NCBI RefSeq assembly: GCF_036321535.1
Contig: NC_087437.1
Coordinates: forward strand, 81,284,001-81,348,000
Direction: 5' to 3'
Source of the DNA: Camelus dromedarius
Lineage: Eukaryota
Length of the DNA: 64,000 nucleotides
Numbering within the stretch: position 1 is the stretch's first letter; each line of letters opens with the position of its first letter. The position numbers and the translations under genes were made by a program. Positions 12,346 to 24,934 of the stretch are shown here, piece by piece. The notes beneath the pieces were generated by a model that saw only the letters and a list, made by a program, of their open reading frames with translations, had not been told where the DNA came from and did no database searches.

Positions 12346-13804
12346 GCTGGACAATCTCTCCAGCTTTCTCTCGATAGAAGGAAGCCACTGAGCTGTACAC
12401 TTCTTTTATTCAACCAACATTTATTGAAAGCCCATTATGTACCAAAGTGTAATTTGGAAACGACCTTGGCACATATGGTTTGGCAGATATGTCAAATACC
12501 TGAACCCTAGACTCCTTTCTCTACTCCTTTCTCTCCTAATGAGGAATCCACACTTCACTGGCCCCACATTGAAGTGTGCTTGACAACCAGATCACAAACT
12601 CCTCCAAGGTGAGGAATGTGTTTGTCTGAGCTGTGGCTAAATCTTCCAGTCTGCTGGCTTTTCACCCCTGACTTTTTAGCCAGGTGCTAAGATTTGGAGA
12701 CGAGGATGAGGAAACCAATCACCCGTAAACACCCTTCCTTTTCAGTCACAGGGAATTGTCTCTAATACATTGGGAAATTGATTCCCAGTTTGCTGTGTTT
12801 GTTTGCATAGTTTCTGTTACCATGGTTAAAAATTCCCGAAGTGTTACTTCATTTTTGACACTAAATTGCTAAGGGGTGAAAAATTCAGACATTTTTGGAG
12901 AATTCCCATATGGCCATTGGGGGCTCACAGTGAAGTTCAAGTCCTGTTGCTTCCAGAGCCAACTCTGCCCTTGAGAAAACAGTGGATTAATCCTGCCTGA
13001 GGGAAAAAGAATTCAGGTCACAGCCTGGGCCAGACTGGCTGATTAGATGCCAATTCCTGAGGATTCTTTCTCTTCAGTATCTCTTGCTGGCTCCCTCCTT
13101 TGCCCTCCCATTGCCTCTCTGCTACTTTTGGCCTTCATTTGCTCTCCTCAGTTCAGGGCACTAGACGTTCATGGGTCCCCAGATTCCGTGTTCACACTGC
13201 TGCCAAGCAAACCAAACTCGGTGGAAGCAGGGCCAGACCTGGAGTTCAGTCTCCTGTCTCCAGTCAGTGCTTTTTCCCTGAGTCTAACGGCTGCCTTCTG
13301 AGTGGCTCTTACCAACGTGCTCAACCACCCCTGGCTTTCTCTGTTTCTTAGCTGGGCCAAGTCCAGTTTAGCAGCTGACACTCTGTTGATCTGGGGACTT
13401 AGCTTTAAGGGTCCTAACAGTATGATGCTTCCGTCTCTACCTATACGAAAGATGACAGGAAACGGTTGGTTTCCACTGGTTTCTCCCTTAATTAGACAAG
13501 AGGCTGGGGATGTTTGTATCGTTGGTCTTATTCGTAAAGTGATGCTGCAGAACTTTGGATTCTCCCCTGCGCCTCCATTTCACCAGCCTGTGGCGCGGTG
13601 CACCTGCATGGTCCTGGTTGGGAAACTATGCCAGCTTTGCATCGCTCCGAGTCCCACTCACCAGTGGCCTGGTTGAGTGGCACATGCTTGTCAGCCGTGG
13701 CTATCTAGCCCTCACCCAGTGGTGGCACTTCAAACCACCCACAAGACAGAGTATAGGGCCCAGGGGTTAAAGTCACTTAGAGGCATTGTGAGGAGTAAGA
13801 GAAA

Positions 13805-14237
13805 TATTAGGGGGATAAAAAGTCACCAAGTAAATTTGAAGATTTAATTGGTTTTATTCAACAATTTCTGAATTGCTAGTTCAGAAGGGCAACTGGCTAC
13901 TAGAGGGACACTCCGAGGGGTTGAAAAAAATGAAAGTTTTTATAGGAAGAAGCATGGAGCCAAGGTGGGTATTAGCAAAAGAAAAGAAAGACTTATTTTT
14001 AGGCCAGGATATCTTCTTCTGGAGTGGTGGGGTGGGGGGAACGGCAAGGGTTTTATCTTCTTCTAGGGGATGGACGGGGCCCAGGCGACGGATGACCTCC
14101 GCGGTGCTGACCGGTTAGTTGAGATTACATGTCTGGGGAAGGTCAAACTGCGGGCAAGTCAGGTATTACATCTAGGCTTGGTATCATGGGCTTCAGGCAA
14201 GTGATGCCACGTGGAGCGTGTGGTTTTCTGTTCAACA
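13805..14237 (-). mobile_element. ERV1-class solo LTR (antisense to ABI3BP)
   Basis: About 430 bp block; read on the - strand it starts TGTTGAA, then TATAAAA (about 13940), then AATAAA (about 13855); 4-bp flanks gaaa/gaag fit a degenerate TSD. Confidence 0.6.
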
Positions 14238-16210
14238 GAAGGAAGAAGATGACAGGAAACAGACAGCAGTCTGTACTAGGCCAGTTAGTGCTGAAGAGCT
14301 TGGCTGTGGAGCTGTGTACACGTGGGTGGGAATGGCTGCACTTGAGCTGTGAGTCCCTGCGTTCAAGGGGAGTTGCTTGATCTCCCCTTGCCTTGACTTT
14401 TTCCATCTGTGGGGCCAGGTCGTGTCTCCTACACAGAGAGGTTGTCAGGCTCAGGCCAGGCAACGAATGTATACGGTGCTTATGCAGATTGAGATCAAAA
14501 TACTTTGCTTTTTATGGGTGGAAAGATTGGGAGAAAGGCTGTGAAGAAGGATCTACTGAAGGCGCATGTAGCCTACTAGGCGTCTAGCCTTCTAAAGGAT
14601 GTAATACAGGGTCACCTCGGAAAATCATGGTAAATCAGATCTCACCAAGCCAGGTTATCCCGGTGACACAAATGAGAGGACGTTCCATTCCCCTCGGCCA
14701 CGCCCAGAGGAACCACCCAAGTGAGTCATTTCCTGCTCTGTTCCTGCCCCGTTACCACTGCGAGGGGGGCCCAGGAAGAAGGCGGATGAGCCGTTTGTTC
14801 TCACATGCCTGTTGGATTAGCCACAAGATAGACATTGATCCCAGAAATATTTTTTCCTACCACAAATAAACAGCTTTTGATTCCTGGCTACATCCCAACA
14901 TTCACCGTGATTTTATATATTATCTCTTATTCAAGCCGCAGAGGGTGTGAGATTGCAATATTAGGTTTCATAAATTAATGTGAATCATAATTATTATAAT
15001 TATGACAGTAATAATTGTTAGTAATATATTAATATTGTATTGATTAATGTTAATTATATTAGTTATAATTAATAATTTCATCAATTAATGTGAAAGTATC
15101 TTCTAATTTTTGAGAAGCAAAGCTTCAGTTATATGTTTAATCAGTATATCTCCCCACGCATTAAGTAAGACTGAGTGTGTAATGTCCCCACAGAGTCCTG
15201 GAACATGATGCTCAAAACAGCATTGCGGTTGTGCTTGTCCTTGTTAATGTACTAACTACTGTATTAATTCAGTGTTTCATTCTTATGTTTTAATATGTGA
15301 ATTATCATCAGGTCTTTGGAGTGTGGATTCTTTTTTAGGATGAGCCATTATAGCTAATATAATATTTACTTTTCAGATTCTAAAAATTTCTTTTTATTCT
15401 TTCTCAATGAAGACTGCTAGCCACTTCAGGGAAGATTATTTTATGATGTAAAATAATAATAATTTTAAAAAAACATAAGATGAAACCTAAATTGGTTCCC
15501 TCTACCCTTAGGATCAGTACCCAAAATCCTAGCAGGGGTATTTATGTGAATGACTTAGAAATAACCACCAGATTGTGTTTGAGAGACTTAGGAGATAAAA
15601 TATCACACAAAGTAATTTTCAGATCAGTTTCTTCCAAACAGCAATTTGGAGTTCTAGGCCTGCCCAGACCTAATTTACAAACCTCAGAGGTATAGATCCA
15701 GTCTGTGGCCTAACCAGCTTGCTAGCCAAGGCCTCTCAAAAAATATTTTTAAAGTCAATTTATTAAGTTCAAACCCAAACACGTTGGAATTTTAAGGGTT
15801 TTATGGGGGTCAAGGAGTTAGAGGAAATTTTTTTGTTAAAAACCACAAAATGTACCCATGAATATTGGCCAAAAATAGCCATTCATTGTAGATAAAATCC
15901 TGGTAAGCCAACACCATCCAGGAAGGCAGCACAGGGTGGGCATGATGGAAAATTAAAACAAAACCATCATCCACAACCACACACTATTTTCTCTTCAGAC
16001 AAAATATCGCAACCAATGAATGTGATAAGGCTTTACTTTTTTTCCCTATATGCAGATGGGAGAAGCCAATCAAAATGTCTGGGCACAAGACGCCAGTACC
16101 CTTGCTCTGCAAAGAATGCACCTTGTCACTGACAACTCTACCAAGTTTCCGTGAAGAATATTTAGCACATTATTGCTATCTATTTATTTTGTCATTATCT
16201 CTGCTCACAG

Positions 16211-16288
16211 GGGTCAAGCAGACGCCACTGCCATCCGGTGCTGGTAGAAATGTGTCAGTGGACTCTACTTACTCCACAAAAAAAACAG
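16211..16288 (+). CDS. ABI3BP: ABI3BP coding exon, 78 nt, phase 1-1
   Basis: ctctgctcacag| acceptor, CAG|gtaagg donor; encodes (G)VKQTPLPSGAGRNVSVDSTYSTKKT. Confidence 0.92.
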
Positions 16289-17803
16289 GTAAGGAGTGAG
16301 GCACTGACTCCCTCACTCAGCTCTGCTCTGTAATGTGTAACCACAGTATCATTTGTTGCAGTAAAAGAAAAAAAAAAAAAAAACAAAACAGCATCCGCAC
16401 AGTCCCCAAAGCATCAGAACCATGCTAACAAACACTACATGGGTATTGCTAGACAAACATACTAAAATATTGCCTTCAGGGGAATGAAAATGCCTTGTGC
16501 ACAAACTGAATATTAATAAAAACTGCCAATGGGGCACCAATTTAGTAATTACTTTACGTAACGTTCTGAGGGGCCACCATGGACAAACGCCGAAGAGTCA
16601 CGTGGATTCTAATTTTCATTGTATACAAGTTTTGCTCTTACGTGATTTGTTATAATATGCTTTTGCCTGAAATGATTTATGTTCCTAGTTTAAGATGGTG
16701 CTCTGTATAATAGGTCAAAATTATGAAGCTGGAATGTCTTTGAATTGAATAAGAACTCTGTGCTTGTTAAAAGGATTCTGTAAAACCTGTTCTGTTGTAT
16801 GAATGCCTAGACTACAGATTTATAGATTTATATCCTGTCACCACCACTCACTGTCCCCGAGCGCACACACACAACATGCACACACATGCACAATTCCTAA
16901 TATCCAAGGAAGTGTTTAAAGCCACAGGGCATTTCCCTGGATTGTGAATTCTACTTGAAGATTTATTATACAAAAAAAAGATGAATTTTTAAGCTATAAC
17001 ACAAGACTTAAAAGAATAATTGAGTTAAGGTGGGCTGTTCTGGATGCCTCTAGCCTTGTCAGCCTTTGTCATAAAAAGGTATCTCTTCCCTCTGCCCTTA
17101 GGCAAACAATTTAGAAAAATGTCCCTTTATTCTGGGCTGGCAGCCTTGCCCCAGGGCTCATGGGTGGGTGAGTGAGCACAGTGGGTGTTAAACTTTGCCT
17201 CCCGCTTACAGCCCCCTGGCCAGTTGCCCTTGTGCAGTGCACAACCCTTGGTACTGACCCTGCTCTCCATGGGAACAGGCTTATTGTTTCTGCCATCAGG
17301 TCTACTTTGTTATAATCATTTGAGAAGTTCTGAAAGTGTTTAATTATAATTTCATAATAGAGTTGGAGGATGGCTTGTAGCAGACACTAGAGGAGAAATT
17401 ATATGCTATACCAGTCTAAAGCTAAAAGGGTGTAAGAACTGTAGTCTGAAAATCAAAGGCAATTGGAGATAATGAAGCTTGGAAATGCTGCTGTTGAGTC
17501 TGTATGGGAAATTCAAGATGTTAAATTCTATACATCTGTAAAGTTTTTGAAAAGGCAAATGCACTGATACATTTTCATCTCTAATTAGAGAATATTTCTG
17601 TACACTAATGTGCTTCATTATCCCTGGGTACATTACAAACACTAATTTAGAAGAATGTCAGATAATATTACTCATAGGCACTTTTGTATAGAATCTACTC
17701 TCTGTCATCCAACTGCTACTTATCAAACACTATATTTTTTAAAACCTGTGATTTTTTATAGAGTAAATCCTATGACCATTTTATCTGTAATGTAATCTCT
17801 TAG

Positions 17804-17908
17804 CCCCAATCCCAGGCACTCGCCGCCCACTCTTGCCACCTAGACCCATGCCCCCACGAAGAAAGCCTTTACCGCCAAATAATGTCACCGGGAAGCCAGG
17901 AAGTACAG
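17804..17908 (+). CDS. ABI3BP: ABI3BP coding exon, 105 nt (93 nt if the internal acceptor at 17816 is used), phase 1-1
   Basis: atctcttag| acceptor plus in-frame cccag| 12 nt downstream; CAG|gtgggt donor; encodes (A)PIPGTRRPLLPPRPMPPRRKPLPPNNVTGKPGST. Confidence 0.9.
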
Positions 17909-18499
17909 GTGGGTCACAGAGCTTCCTTCTCCCTCCCTGATTTCAGTTTTACTAGCCAAGCACAAGCCTTTCTTGGTGTGCTAGCTCAAGCAGTTGGCAA
18001 GCCCTTGGTGCATGTGACATGTGCCTGTATTGGCTCCTAAGATCAGACTCTGTAAATTACAGCTTTGAGGACTCATATCCGGATTCCGGGTGGGAGGGGT
18101 GAAAGAAACCATCCTTGTGCATCTGGGCCAGTTTGCTTCTTGGAGGCCGTGTGCTTGGAGCTGAGACAGAAGCTGACTCAGGTTCTTCAAAAAGTGGATT
18201 ATTTTGAACGAGATGATTTTTGCTACCCGCCCACCAGGAGTAATGGAAAATATCATCCACTTACATTCTGTCTCTTGAAATAAAATCCTATACATCTCAT
18301 TGAAAGCTCCCCGGCCCACCAGCCTTTATGTGGACCTCAGTGTTATGGTGCCAGGGGAAAGACTGGGGACTGAAATATTCAGGGTGATGGGGCAGGTCTA
18401 GCCTGTCAAGAAGGCAGGAATGTATTTAAAAGTCAATCTGCCTCTCACCTCTGTACCTTGGCAAGTGTTGTCTCCTTCCCATAGAATGACCCCCCCAGT

Positions 18500-18770
18500 C
18501 ACCGGTGACGCCCATGATTCACCTTTTTCTCAAAGAAGCCATCTCTAGCTCCCCAAACTAGACTTAGCATTGCTTCTCTGTTTCACTTGTTCTTGATAGA
18601 AACCTCTGTTAGAGCAAAGAGCAGATTGTTCTATACCTGTTTGTGGACTAGTCTTCCCCTACTAGATCATGAGCTCTGTGATGACATAGGACCTATTCTC
18701 TGAATTCTCAGAGCCCAACCAGTGCTTGGCCCATAGAGGATGCTTAGTAAGTAATTGCTGAGTGAATATA
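18500..18770 (+). mobile_element. L2 LINE 3' fragment
   Basis: Ends cagtgcttggcccatagaggatgcttagtaagtaattgctgagtgaat, an L2 3' terminus signature. Confidence 0.6.
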
Positions 18771-19679
18771 TGACTGAAATTAAGAATCAGAGAAAACTGA
18801 CCAAGTTCAGAGCAAAGATTCGCCTTAATTCTCTCAAGGGTTCTTCTGCTGGACCTGCCACCAAACCACTGTGCGTGCCCTGTCTTTCCTCTCTCTTCAC
18901 TCATGTCTCCCTCCTATGTATTTTTTTTTAATAGAAGCAGGATACAGGTGGTAAAGCAGCTATGAAAGATTAAAGTGATAAGGATTTATGAGAAAGAGAA
19001 TGGATGTCACTCTTTTCTCAGGATGAAGGGAGGGGATGGAGATAGAGAAGTTTTTATGAGGTGCCATGGGCACAGTGAACTCTGGAGTGTTTCTCCCATC
19101 AGCTGAAGGAGGAATCAGCCTCTCATCCCTGCCTCTGGTGCCTTCTTGAGTCGAGGCCCAGGGACATGGGCCCAGGGAGAAGACCAGCTTTTCCTCATTG
19201 ATTAGAACCTGGGGCAGCTGTGACTCAGGTTTCCGCAGCTTTGGGGTCAGACTGGATGAGTCACAGACAGAAAGTGGTACCTAAGTGTCCCCCATGGAAG
19301 AGTCCGGGGAACCTCCCACCACAAAGCCCCTCTGCAAGCCTGTGTGTCCTCAGCTGCAGCTCCATGTGCTTGGTTCCTTCCAAATAAAACCTTGTTCTCT
19401 CCCATCAGTCTTGCCTCCCCACCCCCCACAACTCTTGCCATCCTCCTCTAACTCAAAAGAAATGGTTACATTGAGGAGTCAAACAAAACCAGGGCAGTTG
19501 TACAGATTTGGCCTGATGGCCCTCGCAGAAAGTGCATACAGAACTCAGGAAATTAACTCAATGTTCTGGGAGTCCTCGAAACACTTGTCCATGAATCCAT
19601 GCTGGGCCACGGTCCTGGGGTCAGTCTTGTACCCTTTGACTCTTTACTATCTGAGAATGATTCTTCTTCCCAGAAGGAT

Positions 19680-20170
19680 TATAAAACCTAGTGGGTCCGT
19701 GTCACCTAAAAATAATGTCCAAATCCGTAGTATGCAAGGCCCTTCATGATCCGCCTTCCCTGCCCCTCCACCCTCCGCTGCCTCTGCACCCTGGAGAGCT
19801 CCTGGCTCTCTCACCCCTTCAAATTAAACATGCCAAGTGATTTCATGCCTCCCTGACTTGATTCTTCCTGCAAGCTCCAACTGGAATACAGCTCTCATGC
19901 CTACTGCCTGATCACTCCTCCTCTTCATTGGCGCATCCTCTGGGAAGACATTCCTACCCTCCCCCTACCCAACACTCATCTTCTTCCCCATAGATGTGCC
20001 CTCTTGCTGACCTTATCTGATTCTTTCTCAATATCGATAATGCATCACTATAATTGGCTCACACATCTCTCCCGATCAAGGACACCAGGTCTTGTTTTCT
20101 CTCCAATCCTGGCACATAGTGCCAAGTCACATGGTAAGTGCTTAATAAATATTTCTTGAATAAGTGAATG
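19680..20170 (+). mobile_element. L2 LINE 3' fragment
   Basis: Pyrimidine-rich L2-like body ending cacatggtaagtgcttaataaatatttcttgaataagtgaatg. Confidence 0.65.
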
Positions 20171-20224
20171 GAGAACTTGGCAGGGATCCCTCTAAAGCCT
20201 GACTACTTTGGTTCTGCATTACAG

Positions 20225-20353
20225 GAATCATTTCATCAGGCCGAGTAACTTCCCCACCCTTGAGGGCAACATTCAGACCTACTGAAGCTCCCTTGGAGAG
20301 AACAGAGATGGATGGAAAGCTACCAACAGCTCCTGCCTCAGGAGAAGATCTTG
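20225..20353 (+). CDS. ABI3BP: ABI3BP coding exon, 129 nt, phase 1-1
   Basis: ctgcattacag| acceptor, TTG|gttagt donor; encodes (G)IISSGRVTSPPLRATFRPTEAPLERTEMDGKLPTAPASGEDL. Confidence 0.92.
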
Positions 20354-20864
20354 GTTAGTATGTCAGTCACTGCCCACTGGATGCTTAGCTGTGAAGTACT
20401 GAAGGATTTCAAATTAGAGAGAAAAGAGTTCCAGTTTTCGATCATCTATCTTACTCAATTTTGTGATAATTATGAGACTTTTTAATTTAAAAATTATGCT
20501 TCATTTTAATACTTTGTTATAGAAGGTACTCCTTCCCTTCGCAGATGCAGAAGAAAGTGCCCAAGATCTTTAAGAAAGTCTTCCTTAAAAAGTCTAGATT
20601 AGCCAATGCTTCTTACTAAATCACATTTCATTACTAATTACACATCTTAATTTATCTGTGAACATTAGCTACTTGGTTGTAATCTTTAAATAATTACTTA
20701 TTACACTCCAGAACACTTGCAGCAGGACACAAAAGACTTTTATTGTAGATGACAATGATAGTAATAATAATAATAATAGAAATCAAAGTTACAAGCAGTT
20801 GACTAGGAGGCATATTAAAAACTTGTAGTCTTTACTACTTTTTCATTGTATCTTCCATTCTCAG

Positions 20865-20933
20865 GTAATATGACTGACTTTAGCTCAAGTCCAACAAGAG
20901 AAACTGATCCTCTTGGGAAGCCCAGATTCAAAG
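20865..20933 (+). CDS. ABI3BP: ABI3BP coding exon, 69 nt, phase 1-1
   Basis: cttccattctcag| acceptor, AAG|gtatgt donor; encodes (G)NMTDFSSSPTRETDPLGKPRFK. Confidence 0.95.
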
Positions 20934-20987
20934 GTATGTGTATGATTGGCTCCAAATCTCAATTTTAACAAAGCTATTTTTGGTGGG

Positions 20988-21434
20988 TGTATGAGTCAGC
21001 TGTTGCTGTGTAATAAACAGCCATAAAAATCTTAGTAGCATACTGTGATAAGGATTTATTTCCTATGTGTCTACAACTCGCCTGGGGATCAGCTGATCTA
21101 GGATATGCTTGGCTGGATGGTTCTGCTTCTAGCAGCAGGTACAGCTGGACCTCTTATAGGTTGGGCTCAGGTCTGCTACACATCTGCTCATTCTGGTGCC
21201 TAGGATGAGGGATCAACAGGAGTGACTCAGGAGAAGCCATTCTCATGACAATACAAAATGAAGAGGGGGGAGTGCAAATACACAACCACATTTCAAGCGC
21301 TTTCTTATGTTACACCTGCCAGTATCCATTAGCTAAAGAATATCACATAGCCATATCTCCAATCAAGGATTGGGGGAGTATGCTCCTTCCATGGACATAA
21401 AGAATATTTTTTAACAATAATCTAATCTACTGCA
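20988..21434 (-). mobile_element. MLT1-family MaLR LTR
   Basis: tgtatgagtcagctgttgctgtgtaataaacagccataaaaatcttagtagc...aatctaatctactgca, typical of an old MLT1 LTR in reverse orientation. Confidence 0.7.
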
Positions 21435-24400
21435 ATAGGAGAGGTATTATGTGATATAGAACTCAGCATTTCCTTTTGTAATATGTTTTTCTGAAGTATT
21501 AAATTTGATAAATTTTAGCATATGTATATATCCATGAAACCATCATCCCAATCAAGATAATGAATACATGCACCACCTCCAAAAGTTGTATCACGTACTT
21601 TCATAATCCCTCCTTCTCACTCATCCCACCCAACTTCTAGTCCCTGGGTAACCATCTGCCATATTGTAGTTAAGTATATATTTTTGGAATTTTATATAAG
21701 TGAAAAAATACAGTATGAACTTTTTTCTCTGATTTCTTTCACCTAACATAATTATTTGGAGATTCACCCAGGTTGCTACAGGTATCAATAGTCTGTTCCT
21801 TCAGCTAGTATACTATTATACAGATGTATAATAATTTATTAAATCTGTTCATGACATTTGTGTTGTTTCTAACATTTTTACCTTACCAGTAAAGCTGCTA
21901 TGATCATTCATGTCCAAAGCTTTGTATAGGCATATGCTTTCACTTCTTTTCAACAAATTCCTATAAGGGAAGTGGCTAGATCATATGTAAGTATATATTT
22001 AACACTTTAAGGAACTGCCAAACTGGTTTCCTTAGCAGTTGTAATGTTTTACCTTCCTGTCAGCAGTGTGTGAGAGTTCCAGTTCTTCCACATCTTTGCC
22101 AGCTCTTGGTATTGTCAGACTTCTTAATTTCAGCCACTTTAGTGTGTTAGTATCTGATTATGATTTTACTTTGCGTATCCTTAATGACTAAGGATGGTGA
22201 GCATCCTTTTGTGTCCTTATTTATGATCCATTTATCTTTTTTGATGTGTCTGTTCAAATTTTTGTCTATTTTTTATGCAGTTACTTATTTTCTTATTGTT
22301 GAGTTATAAGAGTTTTTATATTTTCTGGGTGGAAGACCTTTTTCAGATACATGCTTTGCAACTATTTTATCCCAGTGTGTGGCTTCTCTTTTTTAATTTT
22401 AATGAGGCTCAGTTTATCAGTTTGGTTTTTTATAGATTGTATCTTTGGTGTTGTATTTAAGAAATCACTGACTAATCAGAGGTCACAAAGCCCTCCTCTG
22501 TTTCTTTGTAGAAATTTCGCCTCTGTTTCCTTCTAGAAGGGTTCTACTTTTACATTTAGGACTGTGATCTTTATTGAGTCAAATTTTATATATGATACAA
22601 GATATGAATGCAAGTTTATTTTCTTGCTTATGACTATCCAATTGTTCCAGCATCATTTGTTGAAAAAACTATTCCTTCCCCACTTAGTTTTATTTGTACC
22701 TTTGTCAAAAATCAGTTGTCCATATATATGTGGAACTGTTTTGAGGTTGTGTAGTCTATTCCACTGATCTGTTTATCTACCTTTCCATCATACCACCATG
22801 TCTGGATCACTGTGGTTTTATGATAAGTGCTGCAATCAGGTTGTGTTAGTCCTCTAACATTATTCTTATTTTTCAAAAGTTGTTTTGGTGACTCTGGTCC
22901 TTTTGTATTTCCATCTGAATTTTAAAATGAGCTTCTCAATGTCTAAAAAAGAAATATCCTACTTAGATTTTTATTAGAATTGTGTTGAATGTGTAGTTCC
23001 ATTGGGAAAAATTGACAGCTGTACTCTGTTAAGTCTTGCTATCTATAAACATGGTATATCTTACCATTTGTTTAGGTCTTTTCAATTTCTCACACCAGTG
23101 TTTTATAGTTTTCAGTGTAAAGACAACTGTGAAAGTAGTATTTCTTATTTCAGTTTCTAATTATTCATTGCTAATACATAGAAAAACAACTGGTTTTTGT
23201 ACATTGATCTTGTGTTCTGCAACCTTGCAAAGCTCTGTAAGTTTTTTTGGTTTTTGGGGGGTTTTTTGTTTTGTTTTTTGTAGGTCCATTGGATTTTCTA
23301 CATACAGAATCGTGTCATCTGAGAGGAAAGTTTTACTTCCTCCTTTCCAACTTTTTTCTTGCATTATTGTACTGGCAAGAACCTCTAGTAAAATACTGAA
23401 TAGAAATAGTGAGGATGGGCATCTTTTTCTTGTTCCACATCTTATGGGAAAAGCATTTAGTCTTTCACCATTAAGTATGGTGTTACCTGTAGGTTTTTCA
23501 TAGATGCCCTTTATTGGGTTGAGAAAGTTTTCTTCTGTTCCTCCTTTAGTGAAAATTGTTATGCTAGATTATGTCTAATGATTTTTCTGCCTTTCTTGGG
23601 ATGATTATATGGTTTTTTTTTAGTGTATTAATATGATAGAGTAATTATTCTTGAATTTTAGACTAACTTTTCATTCCAGGGACAAATTCTACTTGGTTAT
23701 AGTGCATTCTCATTTTAATGTACTGTTGGATTCAATTTGCTAAAATTTTGTATGGAATTGTATTCAGTGTGGGATATTTGTCTATAGTTTTCTTGTAATG
23801 TCTAGGACAAGTTTTAGTATCAAAATAATGCTGAACTCTCCTCTTCAATTTTCTGGAAGAGTTTAGAATTGGTATTTCTTCCCTAAATATTTGTAGTATT
23901 TACCAGTAAAGCCATCTGAACCACACATTCTCTTTGTGAGAAGGATTTTTCATATAATTTACTTTTGTTAAAAGATATGCAACTGTTCAGAATATTTTGT
24001 CTGTAGTGAGCTTTGGTAATTCTTGTCTTTCAAGTTACTGGTCTGTATCATCTAAGTTGTCAAATTTATTGGCATAAAGTTGTTCATATTCTCTGATTAT
24101 TATTTTGATATCTGTGTAATCTGTATTGATGTCACCTCTCTCATTCCTGTTATGATAATGTGTCTTTTTTCTCTTTTGCCTAATCAGTCAGGCTGTAGGT
24201 TTATCAATTCTTTTGATCTTCTGACAAGTTCAACCTTTTGTTTCATTGATTTCGGTCTGTTGCTTTTCTGTTTTCTCTTTCATTTATTTTACTGATCTTT
24301 ATTGTTTCCTTCTTCGGCTTAATTTGAGTTTAATTTTCTCTTCTAATTTCTTCAGGTAGAAGATGAGCTTATTGATTTGGGATCTCTCTTCTTTTTTAAT

Positions 24401-24750
24401 ATGGAATTTAGTGCCACCAATTTTCCTCTGGATATTGTTTAAGCAGCATCCAAACATTTTTGATATGTTGTGTTTTCATTTTTACTCTGTTCAAAATACT
24501 TTTTAATTTCCCTTTTGGTTTCTTCTTTGACTTATTAGAAGTATGTTTTTAATTTCTAAATATTTCAAGATTTTCTGGAGATTATTGTTACTGATTTCTA
24601 ATTTAACTCCACTGTTGTCAGATACTCTGTATTACTTGAATCCTTTTAAATTTATTAAGACTTTTTATGGCCCAGAATATAGTCTATCTTGATATATATT
24701 CTGAGTGTACTTGAAAAGAACGTGTATTCTGCTGTTCTTAAGTGGAATGA

Positions 24751-24934
24751 TGTATGTGTTTGCTAGGGCTGCCATACAAAATACCATAGGCTTGCTGGCT
24801 TAAACAACAGAAATTTATTTTCTTACAGTTCTGGAGGCCAGAAGTCTGCGAGCAAGGTACCAGGTTTGGTTTCTCACATTGGAAGTTAAGGCTTCAACCT
24901 AGGAATTTTAGGGAAACACATTTCAGACCATACA
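24751..24934 (-). mobile_element. Internally deleted MLT1 (MaLR) LTR nested in the L1
   Basis: tgctagggctgccatacaaaataccata...aaacaacagaaatttattttcttacagttctggaggccagaagtc joined directly to the other LTR end ...gaaacacatttcagaccataca. Confidence 0.8.

Noticed and set aside
11922..12413. 163-aa - strand ORF
   Set aside because: Runs through a MER58A MITE; no recognisable protein features or splice support.
13047..14869. Dense cluster of 64-124 aa ORFs on both strands
   Set aside because: Explained by locally higher GC and the solo LTR; no recognisable domains such as gag, pol or env.
14970..15095. Extremely AT-rich stretch with short palindromes
   Set aside because: Low-complexity sequence; palindromes are expected by chance at this composition.
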